Source of the DNA: Minisyncoccota bacterium
GTDB taxonomy: Bacteria > Patescibacteriota > Microgenomatia > UBA1400 > UBA12028
Assembly (NCBI GenBank): GCA_016211945.1
Contig: JACRHV010000011.1
Location: 787-64,786, forward strand
Direction of reading: 5' to 3'
DNA: 64,000 nucleotides
The notes below the pieces were generated by a model, which was not told where the DNA came from, did not search any database, and saw only the letters and a program-made list of their open reading frames with translations. Of the stretch, positions 54,693 through 64,000 are shown one piece after another. Made by a program: the position numbers and the translations under genes. Numbering within the stretch: position 1 is the stretch's first letter; every line of letters starts with the position of its first letter.

Positions 54693-56498
54693 ATGCACAC
54701 AACGGTACTGTACATGAAAGATTCATATCTTCGCGCCACATCTGCAACTATCGCAGAAATCGGCACCGAGGGCTCAACGACCACGGTCGTGCTTGACCAA
54801 ACAGTGATGTACGCGCAAGGAGGAGGACAACCTTCTGATCGCGGCATGATTCGAGGAAAAAACGGGTTGCTTTCGGTTTCGCATGTTTCATATAACGGCG
54901 GTGCGATTAAACATCTTGGAAAATTAACCGGCGAACTTCATGTTGGTGAGACCGTTGAGGTCGAGGTGGACTGGAATGTGCGGTATCGAAACATGCAGAT
55001 GCATACCGCGGGACACATTGTTGATCTTGCAATTAAGCACGTCGCTCCTGAGGCAACCGCCGTAGATGGTGTTCATGGCATAGGGAAAAAACTTCACATT
55101 GAGTACAGCACCTTGATTGAGCCTCGCTTACTTCAAACAATTCAAAAAGAAACCACGGCGCTCATCGAAAAAAATCTTCCTATTCATCTTGAAATGGTTA
55201 CTAGACAGCAACTGGACGAAAAGCGCATTCCACTCCCATTTGATCTGCCAAAAAATAAAGAGCTTCGCATTATGTCAATTGGCGACTCAACACCGATGCC
55301 GGATGGAGGAACACAACTACATACAACTGGCGAGTCGTGGCCCATCATTGTCACGGACATTGTACGCAATAACGGGCATACATTTGTGCAATATACGATG
55401 CAGGAACCTGTAAAAAACGTTCTCAAACAAAAAGATGAGAGAGCTATGAGCGAGTCTTCATTAAACATTGATGATCTCGCTCAATCTATTGAGCGCGAGG
55501 CACAACACGATGTAAAAGTTCTTTCTGCTGATCAATTTCAGACAACATATCTCGCAAAAAAAGGAAAGCTATCTCACCTGATGGATGAGCTCAAAACAGT
55601 TTCACTTGAAGAAAAAAAGAGTGCGGGACAACGAGCAAATGCATTGAAACACACCCTGGAAGCTCTTCTGCTTACGTATGATTCACAGAAAAAAAATAGT
55701 GAAGTGATTGACATGACCATTCCTGGAATACAGCCGAAAGTCGGCCATGTTCATCCCATCTCTCAAGCCATGCATGAAATTACTCGAATATTTGAAAAGA
55801 TTGGATTTATCCGAGTTCGCTACCCAGAAGTTGACTGGGAATGGTATCCATTTGACTCGCTCAATATGCCAAAAGATCACCCTGCTCGTGATGAATGGGA
55901 GACATTTCTTGTTCAAAGTGACTATGTTCATCCTATATTAGGTAAAATGGTACTCACTCCTCATACTTCTAATGGACAGGTCCGTGAGATGCAAAGATTG
56001 CACAGCACACCACCAATCCGCATGATCAACATTGCGCGATGCTATCGAAGACAGGCGGATGTAACACATACAGAGATGTTCCATCAATTCGAAGGCCTCG
56101 TTGTTGATAAAGGCATCACCATTCAACATCTCAAGGGAACTATTGATCATTTTGCTCGTGAGTTCTACGGTCCTCACGCGACGTCCCGCATTCGCCCTTT
56201 CCATTTCCAGTTTACTGAACCGTCATTTGAGGTGGATTTTTCATGCAGCATTTGCGATGGCACGGGTAAACTTAACGGCGACAAGTGCCGTTTTTGCAAG
56301 TCGGGTTGGCACGAAGTCGGTGGAGCCGGAATGGTCCATCCCAATGTGTTGAAAGCGGGTGGCATCGATCCTGAACAATATACAGGATTTGCATTCGGGT
56401 GGGGTATTGAACGGACGTACACCCTCCGTGAAGGATTAAAACTTGATGACATTCGCTTGTTATATAGCGGAGATATGCGATTTCTGGAGCAGTTTTAA
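54693..56498 (+). CDS. pheS: Phenylalanine--tRNA ligase alpha subunit with an N-terminal AlaX-like editing domain
   Basis: N-terminal LY..DSY, VLDQT.MYAQGGGQPSD.G, HTAGH, PDGGTQ; C-terminal HPARD, HTS..Q.R, FHQFEG, F.FTEPSFE, GMVHP.V, GFAFGWGIER. Confidence 0.95.
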   Translation: MHTTVLYMKDSYLRATSATIAEIGTEGSTTTVVLDQTVMYAQGGGQPSDRGMIRGKNGLLSVSHVSYNGGAIKHLGKLTGELHVGETVEVEVDWNVRYRNMQMHTAGHIVDLAIKHVAPEATAVDGVHGIGKKLHIEYSTLIEPRLLQTIQKETTALIEKNLPIHLEMVTRQQLDEKRIPLPFDLPKNKELRIMSIGDSTPMPDGGTQLHTTGESWPIIVTDIVRNNGHTFVQYTMQEPVKNVLKQKDERAMSESSLNIDDLAQSIEREAQHDVKVLSADQFQTTYLAKKGKLSHLMDELKTVSLEEKKSAGQRANALKHTLEALLLTYDSQKKNSEVIDMTIPGIQPKVGHVHPISQAMHEITRIFEKIGFIRVRYPEVDWEWYPFDSLNMPKDHPARDEWETFLVQSDYVHPILGKMVLTPHTSNGQVREMQRLHSTPPIRMINIARCYRRQADVTHTEMFHQFEGLVVDKGITIQHLKGTIDHFAREFYGPHATSRIRPFHFQFTEPSFEVDFSCSICDGTGKLNGDKCRFCKSGWHEVGGAGMVHPNVLKAGGIDPEQYTGFAFGWGIERTYTLREGLKLDDIRLLYSGDMRFLEQF

Positions 56499-56510
56499 AG
56501 GAGTTTTCAT

Positions 56511-58472
56511 ATGAACATTTACGTTCCTCATTTTTGGCTTGCAGATCATCTTGAAACAGACGTATCTCCGGAAGATTTACAAAAACACCTCTCATTACGT
56601 GGTCCATCAATAGAACGAATAGAGGATAAATTTGGCGATCGTGTGTATGAGATCGAGATAACTACGAATCGAATGGATACTGCCTCGGTACGAGGTGTTG
56701 CGAGAGAAGCGAGTGTCATCCTCCCACAAGCGCATATTCCCGCGAAGTTAAAGTCACTAAAAATGTTTAAGCCCGGGACGAGACAAATTACTCACGATCC
56801 TCAAGATTTTCCTTTAAACATTCAAGTTGACCACAAATTATGTCCACGTGTAACGTGTGTTATTCTTCGTGTGAAAAAAGGGCAATCCCCAACATGGTTG
56901 AGTACAAGACTTGAACAAGTTGGTATACGATCTCTTGATAATATTATCGACATCACAAACTATGTGATGACAGAGATTGGCCAACCTACACATGCGTTTG
57001 ATGCTGATCGGGTCGGAAAAACATTAGTGATACGCCCCTCAAAAAAAGGTGAAATGCTCGTCACCCTTGACGGAAAAAGACACACATTACCCGGAGGTGA
57101 CATTGTTATTGACAATGGAAAAGGCGAGATTACTGATTTGATTGGTATTATGGGAACAGCCAACAGTGTCGTGCAACAAGACACAACACGTATTCTTTTC
57201 TTTATCGAGCACGCTGATCCTGCTCGCATCAGAAAAACATCAATGGGCTTGGCAATTCGGACAAATGCTGCACAACTTAACGAAAAAATGCTCGATCCAA
57301 ACCTTGTGATGGATGCTCTGCTACGCGGAATTGCGTTATTTCAAGAAGTCGCTGATGCTGAACTGGAATCACCAATTCTTGATCTTTATCCACAGCCTGT
57401 TCAAGAGCAAGTTATTTCGTTTCCTCTGGCAAAAACACATGAATATCTTGGTATAGATATTTCGTCAAAAGTGCAGAAGAATATTTTGGAAGGTTTGGGG
57501 TGCCAAATTACACACAAAAAAGATGTGTTCAGTATTACCGTTCCAACTTTCCGTCCAGATCTTGAAATTCCTGTTGATATCGTTGAAGAGATTGCGCGTA
57601 TATACGGATATCACAATCTTCCAAGTACACTTATGGACACGCGACTTCCAACTGCGTATCCAGAAGATACAAACTTCACCCTAGAACACGACATGAAGCA
57701 ATTCCTTGCCGCTTTAGGTTGGCAGGAAGTCTATACATATTCCGCCGTCAGTAAAAACTTGGCCGAACAATCAGGAAAGTCGGCAGAAAAACATATAAAA
57801 CTACAAAATCAGCTCAATGATGACCACGTGTATCTTCGACAGTCGCTCGTTCCGTCACACGAAGAAATTATCGCGAATAACCGTCATCTTCAAGATCTTT
57901 CTCTTTTCGAGCTCGCAAACGTGTACATTCCGCGAGAAAAAGATTTGCCTTTGGAGGATTTGAGACTTACGCTTACCTCGACTTTACCGTATCGCGTTGT
58001 AAAGGGACATGGCGAGGCTTTGCTTGCACATCTTTTTATTCCTACCTCCTTGACCGAATGGAAACAAACAGACGATCGCCACGCAGAGATTCTTGTTGAC
58101 GGCAAACAGATTGGTTCAATCATTCATGGAAATGGTCATACCGTCGTTGGATTTGTATGGAAGGCATTGCTACGCGTTGCACAAACACATCCGACGTATA
58201 CGCCAATTTCACCATACTCACCAATTGTTGAGGACCTAACTTTTACTATTCCCGATGGCGCGAGAGTGGGAGATATTGTGAGAGAACTGCAACACCTTCA
58301 TATTATTATTCAATCTGTCGATGTGAAGGATATGTATAAAAAGAATGTGACGTTCTCAATAAAATATCTCCGCACAGATCAGCAGATTGCTACAGGAGAT
58401 GTGGAGCCTGTACGAAAACAGATCGTGCAGTATATGATTGATAAGAAGGCAAAACTCATTGGAGAGATATAA
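56511..58472 (+). CDS. pheT: Phenylalanine--tRNA ligase beta subunit (short form, no B2 OB domain)
   Basis: EITTNRMD..S..G.ARE, DITNYVM.E.GQP.HAFD, VPTFRPDL...VDIVEEIARIYGY. Confidence 0.95.
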   Translation: MNIYVPHFWLADHLETDVSPEDLQKHLSLRGPSIERIEDKFGDRVYEIEITTNRMDTASVRGVAREASVILPQAHIPAKLKSLKMFKPGTRQITHDPQDFPLNIQVDHKLCPRVTCVILRVKKGQSPTWLSTRLEQVGIRSLDNIIDITNYVMTEIGQPTHAFDADRVGKTLVIRPSKKGEMLVTLDGKRHTLPGGDIVIDNGKGEITDLIGIMGTANSVVQQDTTRILFFIEHADPARIRKTSMGLAIRTNAAQLNEKMLDPNLVMDALLRGIALFQEVADAELESPILDLYPQPVQEQVISFPLAKTHEYLGIDISSKVQKNILEGLGCQITHKKDVFSITVPTFRPDLEIPVDIVEEIARIYGYHNLPSTLMDTRLPTAYPEDTNFTLEHDMKQFLAALGWQEVYTYSAVSKNLAEQSGKSAEKHIKLQNQLNDDHVYLRQSLVPSHEEIIANNRHLQDLSLFELANVYIPREKDLPLEDLRLTLTSTLPYRVVKGHGEALLAHLFIPTSLTEWKQTDDRHAEILVDGKQIGSIIHGNGHTVVGFVWKALLRVAQTHPTYTPISPYSPIVEDLTFTIPDGARVGDIVRELQHLHIIIQSVDVKDMYKKNVTFSIKYLRTDQQIATGDVEPVRKQIVQYMIDKKAKLIGEI

Positions 58473-58481
58473 GGAGGGGTT

Positions 58482-58826
58482 ATGAATAAAAGAAAATTTG
58501 GCGAAACATTATTGCTTGCATCTCGATTGACTCCCGATCAAAAAGGCGAGATTACTCTTGAGGTTCAAAACCGTAGTTTACTTGCTGGCGGAGCGTTCCA
58601 ATGCTTACACGATTTTCTTTGTATTACAGGAGAGGTTAATGCGGATCAAATTAAGGCAATCGTTGAAAATGAAGCCGCTTCAGCAATTGATGCGGCATTA
58701 GTAGCTGCTATGGGAGCGTTGAGTATAACGACACATGGGGATATGGGAACAAGGGCAGGAGCTCGACCAATGGGACTGGGTGTACAAAGACCATCAAATG
58801 GGAGAAGACAGTCCTATAGTCCATGA
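58482..58826 (+). CDS. Hypothetical protein
   Basis: 114-aa ORF with an AAGGAGG SD, coupled to ruvC. Confidence 0.55.
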   Translation: MNKRKFGETLLLASRLTPDQKGEITLEVQNRSLLAGGAFQCLHDFLCITGEVNADQIKAIVENEAASAIDAALVAAMGALSITTHGDMGTRAGARPMGLGVQRPSNGRRQSYSP

Positions 58827-59326
58827 AAAATATCACTCTCCTCGGTATCGATCCCGGCTATGACCGCCTTGGTTGGTGTGTTCTTCACATATCCGGTCAA
58901 AAAAATCAAATTATCGCGTCTGGTTGTATAGAAACAAATAAATCGGATACAATTTTCGCTCGATACCTTGCTATTGATACAGAACTCTCCACTATGATCA
59001 AAACCTACCATCCAACCGAATGCGGCATAGAAACACTCTTCTTTACAAAAAATGCAAAAACCGTGATGAAGGTAAGCGAGGTTCGCGGAGTTGTGATCAG
59101 CTGCCTCTTGCGCCGTGGGATAGAAGTCTTCGATTACACCCCCATGCAGATCAAGTCTGCGATCACTGGAAATGGAAGGGCGGGGAAACCAGAGGTCGAG
59201 CAAATGATCACGCTCTTGACAAGATGCGAAAAACTACCGAAACTAGATGATGAGGTTGATGCGATCGCGACGGCCCTCTGTCATGGAGTCAGCCGAGCAG
59301 TTCGTGTGCGTACTCGTTCATTATGA
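58823..59326 (+). CDS. ruvC: Holliday junction resolvase RuvC
   Basis: LGIDPG, IETLFF, E.RGV, YTP.QIK.AITG.G.A.K, DD..DA.A. Confidence 0.96.
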   Translation: MKNITLLGIDPGYDRLGWCVLHISGQKNQIIASGCIETNKSDTIFARYLAIDTELSTMIKTYHPTECGIETLFFTKNAKTVMKVSEVRGVVISCLLRRGIEVFDYTPMQIKSAITGNGRAGKPEVEQMITLLTRCEKLPKLDDEVDAIATALCHGVSRAVRVRTRSL

Positions 59327-59895
59327 TTTCAATGCTCATTGGTACACCATTGCTTCAGGGAAACGAACTCACGGTTTTGTGTGGCGGTGTTGGATATGCG
59401 GTAGCAGTGAATCTTCATACGCTTCGCACACTTTCTCCAAACCAAAAAGATGTAACGCTTTATGTTCACACGCACGTTCGCGAAGACGTGCTCGATCTTT
59501 TTGGTTTTCTTTCATCAGAGGAAAAACGTATGTTTGAGATGCTTCTTACTGTTTCCGGAGTGGGCCCAAAAACCGCACTCGCGGTGACTGATGCTTCGCC
59601 TCCAGCGATTCGGAAGGCAATTGAGGATGGCGATGTTTCGTTCTTTTCAGCATTTCCACGTGTTGGGAAAAAACTCGCACAAAAAATAATTATTGAGTTA
59701 AAGCCAAAAATAGGCAGTCTGCATGATCTTGACTTAACCACCGCAACCGGCCAAACAGGTGAAGTACGGCAAGCACTTGAAACTCTTGGATACACTGATA
59801 ACGACATTCGCAAAGCACTTCAGTCAATTGAAGTAGAGACTTTACCATTACAAAGTGCCATAAAAGAAAGCATTCGATTCTTGAGTAAATCATGA
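59323..59895 (+). CDS. ruvA: Holliday junction branch migration protein RuvA
   Basis: GGVGY, VRED..DLFGF, VSGVGPK.AL, VGKK.AQKII.ELK. Confidence 0.96.
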   Translation: MISMLIGTPLLQGNELTVLCGGVGYAVAVNLHTLRTLSPNQKDVTLYVHTHVREDVLDLFGFLSSEEKRMFEMLLTVSGVGPKTALAVTDASPPAIRKAIEDGDVSFFSAFPRVGKKLAQKIIIELKPKIGSLHDLDLTTATGQTGEVRQALETLGYTDNDIRKALQSIEVETLPLQSAIKESIRFLSKS

Positions 59896-60911
59896 AAAAC
59901 ATACAATCCGTACCACCAGTTTTTGAAGCAACGCCGGAAGAAGAGGTACTTTTTACTTCACTCCGTGCGGCAACATGGGATGATTTTTTTGGGCAGGAAC
60001 AGATTAAAGAGTCGCTCAAAATTGCAATCACCGCGGCAAAACAACGCAAAGAACCAGTGGATCATACACTGTTTTACGGACCTCCTTGTCTTGGGAAAAC
60101 AACACTTTCGCACCTCATCGCAAAAGAAATGCAAAGTAATATTCGAATGACTTCTGGAACAGCGCTGTCAAAAGTGGGTGATTTAGCCGCGATTTTAACA
60201 AACCTTGAACCAAACGATGTGCTTTTCATTGATGAAATACATCGTTTACCAAAAGCGGTGGAGGAAACACTCTATCCAGCGATGGAGGACTACGCACTTG
60301 ATATTGTGATTGGGAAAGGCCCTTCGGCGCGCACCATTCGACTTGACTTGCCAAAGTTTACGCTCGTTGGAGCAACAACACGCTTTGGGTTGTTAAGCGG
60401 TCCATTCCGCGACCGGTTCGGTGTGATTCACCGGTTAGAATACTACTCGCCGGAAAAACTCGTAACAATTTTACATACCGCCGCGAAAAAGTTGGTCGTT
60501 GAGATCGATCGCGACAGCCTTCACGAACTCGCGAATCGTTCTCGTGGTACACCACGCATCGCACTCAAGTTGCTCAAACGTGTGCGTGACTATGCGCAAG
60601 TAAAAAACGGCGGAAAAGTGACACTTGAAAATCTACATAAAGCGCTTGATCTTCTTCAACTCGATGTGCTCGGTCTTGACCATTCTGACCGCCGTTTATT
60701 AGAAACGATGATAAAAAAGTACAACGGTGGCCCTGTTGGCATAGCAACACTGGCGGCCTCACTGAATGAAGATCCCGGGACATTGGAAGAAGTTGTTGAG
60801 CCATATTTGTTGCAAGTTGGATTTATCAAACGTACACCACAGGGAAGGGTTGCAACGGAGCACGCCTATCATCATCTCAAGATGCAGATGCCGAAAAAGG
60901 AAAAAGTATGA
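59892..60911 (+). CDS. ruvB: Holliday junction DNA helicase RuvB
   Basis: [46 protein letters not shown]. Confidence 0.97.
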   Translation: MKNIQSVPPVFEATPEEEVLFTSLRAATWDDFFGQEQIKESLKIAITAAKQRKEPVDHTLFYGPPCLGKTTLSHLIAKEMQSNIRMTSGTALSKVGDLAAILTNLEPNDVLFIDEIHRLPKAVEETLYPAMEDYALDIVIGKGPSARTIRLDLPKFTLVGATTRFGLLSGPFRDRFGVIHRLEYYSPEKLVTILHTAAKKLVVEIDRDSLHELANRSRGTPRIALKLLKRVRDYAQVKNGGKVTLENLHKALDLLQLDVLGLDHSDRRLLETMIKKYNGGPVGIATLAASLNEDPGTLEEVVEPYLLQVGFIKRTPQGRVATEHAYHHLKMQMPKKEKV

Positions 60912-61840
60912 CTCTATGTCGTCTTATTGAGATTATTACTCCAAAAAAATATGTTTTGAATGGACTATGGTTTGGTTCTCTGCAAGCAAAAAAAGCGATC
61001 ATTTGTCTCCATGGACTTGGGTCAAACATGTTCTCGAATCACGCATTTCTTCTCCCCCTCGTTCAAGATGATACCGCAGTCCTCGTGTTTAACAATCGCG
61101 GACACGACGACATCGCCTCAATAAAAAAAATTGATCAAAGAAAAAAGAGAGGATTTGTAAAAATAGAGGCGGGTGCAGCAAAAGAGGTTTTTGTGGAATG
61201 TGCCGATGATATTCAAGGTGCAATCAAAACAGCAAAAGCTCAAGGGGCACAACAAGTTTTTCTTCTTGGACATTCAACTGGATGTCAAAAGTCTGTGTAT
61301 TACATGAGCAAAAAACATACTCAATCAGATATCGCTGGTGTTATCTTACTTAGTCCTATGAGCGACTATGCTGGAGCAAAACATCTCACACCGCCAAACG
61401 AACTTGATGTTGCGACTCGCACAGCACAACAGTATGTAAAAAACGGAAAACCACATGACCTCCTTCCATCATCAGTGTGGCCAGAGGTTGTTGATGCACA
61501 ACGATTTCTCAGTCTCTATACTCCAAAAAGCGACGAAGAAGTTTTCTCATATGCACATCCAGAGGATGTACCACATTCACTTCACAGACTTAAAGTACCA
61601 ACACTCGTTGTTCTTGCAGAAAAAGATGAGTATCGGGATCGATCTATAAAAAAAATAGCTACGTGGTTTGCAACACACCTTCATATTTCCAAAGCAAAAG
61701 TTGAGATCATATCTCGGGCAAATCACTCTTTTTTCGGCAATGAATCCGATGTTGTTACGCGGATTCAGTCGTGGATGCGCTTTATTCCTTTTCCGTTGGA
61801 TAGTAAAAACCGCAACAATACGTCAAAGAAAAACGCTTAA
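60908..61840 (+). CDS. Alpha/beta hydrolase (DUF1749-like)
   Basis: [26 protein letters not shown]. Confidence 0.82.
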   Translation: MTLCRLIEIITPKKYVLNGLWFGSLQAKKAIICLHGLGSNMFSNHAFLLPLVQDDTAVLVFNNRGHDDIASIKKIDQRKKRGFVKIEAGAAKEVFVECADDIQGAIKTAKAQGAQQVFLLGHSTGCQKSVYYMSKKHTQSDIAGVILLSPMSDYAGAKHLTPPNELDVATRTAQQYVKNGKPHDLLPSSVWPEVVDAQRFLSLYTPKSDEEVFSYAHPEDVPHSLHRLKVPTLVVLAEKDEYRDRSIKKIATWFATHLHISKAKVEIISRANHSFFGNESDVVTRIQSWMRFIPFPLDSKNRNNTSKKNA

Positions 61841-64000
61841 GGCGTAGGAGCTGGACTCGGACTGGGGGACGGAGAAGGGGATGGGGTTGGCGATGGCGCT
61901 GGTTCTTCCCAATGCGTCCCGCCCGTTCCAAACTTCACCTCACCCGTTTTTCCTTCTTTACTGTCTTTGCGAATACCCTTTGCATAGAGCGTATATCGTC
62001 CAGTAATCAAACTAAGCGTTGTTTTGTATGGCTTGGATCGCATCGTTTCCTTTAACCCGCCGTTCACCCAAATCTCCACACGATCCATATCACCTTCTGT
62101 TGCCGTTGCCACCTCAACATTAATTGAGGTTCCGGTATAATCTTTTTTATCTTCCGGATTCTTTATGTTAATCCATACCTCATCCTTTGTTTTACAAAAC
62201 TCAATTGGAGGTTTGTATTTTGACTGCTGATCCGCCGCTAAGGAAGCAATCCACTGGTCAATCCCATCCTGCCACCTGTTTTTTCCATCGCGACTAATCG
62301 GATCTTGTTCCTTTAACGTAATAAACTCGCGTTCATCGTACTCACCACGTTGTATATCAACCTCGGTTGCTAATTTCCCTTCACCGCGACACACCTTGAT
62401 TTTAGAATGGATGGGATCGGGAAGTGCTGGCCATGTGTTGGGAATGACGTAGTCAGCATTCTCCACAAAACCATCATGTGTGGGATACCCAGAAATCGCA
62501 TCCACGCGAACTGCCTGTACCCCTGGAGGAACGACCCAGTCATTCGCAGCTCTTCCCAACGTAATAGTCTCGTTCATGATCTTCCGCCAAATTGGAGATG
62601 CGCCCGTTACACCGGAAGCGACATTCGTCATCTCTGAGTTATCGTTGTTTCCAACCCAAACACCAACAATTGTTGATCGAGACCAACCTACGGTCCAGTT
62701 GTCTTTTCTGTTGTTTGTGGTACCGGTTTTCACTGCTACAGCCTTGCCGCCAAAATTCAATAGAGAGTTCACACCAAAAGTGAGTAACCGCGCGTTATTA
62801 TCTGACAACATATGATTTATTAAAAACGATTCCTCTGGAGTCATAACTTGTTTTCCCTGTACCTGTTTTTGCTCAAAAAGAACCTTGCCGTTTTTATCCT
62901 CCACACGCAAAATAGCAACAGGCTGAACACGATATCCACCGTTTGCAAATGCACTGTACGCTGTTGCGGTATCAATGAGGTGAACCTCGCCACCACCCAA
63001 CGTAACGGACAGTCCGAATTTGCGTAGATTTGCTGCAGTTGATTCAAGCGTAACAAAACCCATGTCGTACGCTTGCTGAAGCATGTTGTCTACCCCGACA
63101 AGCGCCAACAACTTCACCGCAGGCAGGTTTAAAGAACTTGCCAAAGCCTGGCGCAAGGATACTGGGCCATGAAACTTTCCATCGTAGTTTTTCGGCTCAT
63201 AGTCTTTTAATCCCTCACCTCCAGGAAAAATTGTTGGCGTGTCCAACACCATACTTGCCGGCGTGTACCCTTTACGCAAGGCCATCAAGTATGTCACCGG
63301 CTTTATCGATGAACCCGGTTGTCTCAAACCATCCACCACAACGTTAAACTGCCCGTCGTAGTCTTTTGCAAAATAGTCCTTACTTCCCACCATAGAGAAA
63401 ATTTCACCCGTATTGGGATCCATAACAATCGCTGCGCCGTTCGTAATGTTGTATTTTTTCACATTTTCAATTTCCTGTGCCACAATGTCCTGTGCTTTTT
63501 CCTGGAACGGCAGATCAAGTGAAGTTGTTACCCGTAGTCCACCTTTTTCCACAAGGTCTTCTCCATACATCTCTTCGAGTTTGTCCTTGACATAAAACAC
63601 GAAGTGCGGGGCCTTAATAGAGAAGGCTTGTTTGGAAAACTTCATGTCCGCAAACTGCGCAATCGCCTCTTTTTCAAGTTCCGGAGAAATGTCTCCATCT
63701 TCGCGCATTCTCCGTAACACACCTTTTGCGCGCACTTGCCATAATGGGGTTCCATCGGTATCATTTTTACCACTGAGTGGGGAGTATGCACTGGGGCGTT
63801 GAGGTAATCCCGCCAACACTGCCGACTCTACAAGCGTCAAATCTTTTACTGGTTTGTTGAAATATACTTCTGATGCCGCACCCACACCCCATGCTGTTCC
63901 ACCATATGGCGCCTCGTTCAAGTACATCTGAAGAATCTGATCTTTGCTAAATCGGCGTTCAATCTCCATAGATAGCACAAGCTCTTTAAACTTCCTCGTG
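61837..64000 (-). CDS. Class A penicillin-binding protein (transglycosylase/transpeptidase), 5' end beyond the window
   Basis: K.QILQMYLN, RQPGSSIKP (SxxK), SLN, KTGT; C-terminal Ig-like domain and Pro/Ser tail. Confidence 0.93.
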   Translation of the reverse strand, partial: TRKFKELVLSMEIERRFSKDQILQMYLNEAPYGGTAWGVGAASEVYFNKPVKDLTLVESAVLAGLPQRPSAYSPLSGKNDTDGTPLWQVRAKGVLRRMREDGDISPELEKEAIAQFADMKFSKQAFSIKAPHFVFYVKDKLEEMYGEDLVEKGGLRVTTSLDLPFQEKAQDIVAQEIENVKKYNITNGAAIVMDPNTGEIFSMVGSKDYFAKDYDGQFNVVVDGLRQPGSSIKPVTYLMALRKGYTPASMVLDTPTIFPGGEGLKDYEPKNYDGKFHGPVSLRQALASSLNLPAVKLLALVGVDNMLQQAYDMGFVTLESTAANLRKFGLSVTLGGGEVHLIDTATAYSAFANGGYRVQPVAILRVEDKNGKVLFEQKQVQGKQVMTPEESFLINHMLSDNNARLLTFGVNSLLNFGGKAVAVKTGTTNNRKDNWTVGWSRSTIVGVWVGNNDNSEMTNVASGVTGASPIWRKIMNETITLGRAANDWVVPPGVQAVRVDAISGYPTHDGFVENADYVIPNTWPALPDPIHSKIKVCRGEGKLATEVDIQRGEYDEREFITLKEQDPISRDGKNRWQDGIDQWIASLAADQQSKYKPPIEFCKTKDEVWINIKNPEDKKDYTGTSINVEVATATEGDMDRVEIWVNGGLKETMRSKPYKTTLSLITGRYTLYAKGIRKDSKEGKTGEVKFGTGGTHWEEPAPSPTPSPSPSPSPSPAPTP

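Noticed and set aside
58823..60911. Genetic code 25 (TGA read as Gly), as in Gracilibacteria and Absconditabacteria
   Set aside because: ruvC, ruvA and ruvB end at TGA in ATGA overlaps at the expected lengths, and conserved genes have no internal TGA.
38506..61840. Two DUF1749-like hydrolase paralogues (38506 and 60908) as a recent duplication or mobile unit
   Set aside because: They share only family motifs, with no visible nucleotide repeat or mobile-element ends.
61840..61905. Repetitive sequence at the PBP 3' end
   Set aside because: It encodes an ordinary Pro/Ser/Thr tail, not a DNA repeat element.

Overview
A gene-dense bacterial chromosome segment read in genetic code 11. It is most likely Patescibacteria/CPR (Microgenomates-like); this is inferred from the gene repertoire: a PPAT-DUF359 fusion, a trigger factor without its PPIase domain, a short PheT, a DUF5660-like gene and dispersed single tRNAs. 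Housekeeping genes include typA, pyk, efp, greA, tig, thrS, infC-rpmI-rplT, pheST, ruvCAB and a class A PBP. There is also a copper operon (csoR-copA-dsbD2/cupredoxin-copZ), a thiol-redox cluster (thioredoxin, dipZ, msrA, msrB), 15 uninterrupted tRNA genes and one non-canonical tRNA-like element. The main signals centre on tRNA biology. (1) Three free-standing nuclease-like genes (one HNH, two HTH+LAGLIDADG-like) stop inside the tRNA directly downstream. (2) A tRNA-His-anchored array of cargo genes is separated by degenerate att-like repeats, and a second mini-island sits at tRNA-Gly. (3) Several tRNAs carry C at the near-invariant U55 (4 genes) or U33 (2 genes). (4) A 71-nt tRNA-like element has a G3-U70 alanine identity pair but no normal D or anticodon arm. 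(5) An ultrashort-Stem-I T-box lies upstream of thrS. (6) A Phe-rich leader-peptide attenuator precedes a pheS fused to an AlaX-like editing domain with an altered metal motif. A VKOR-dihydroorotate dehydrogenase fusion and widespread leaderless gene starts are also visible. All calls come from reading motifs by eye; no database searches were run.
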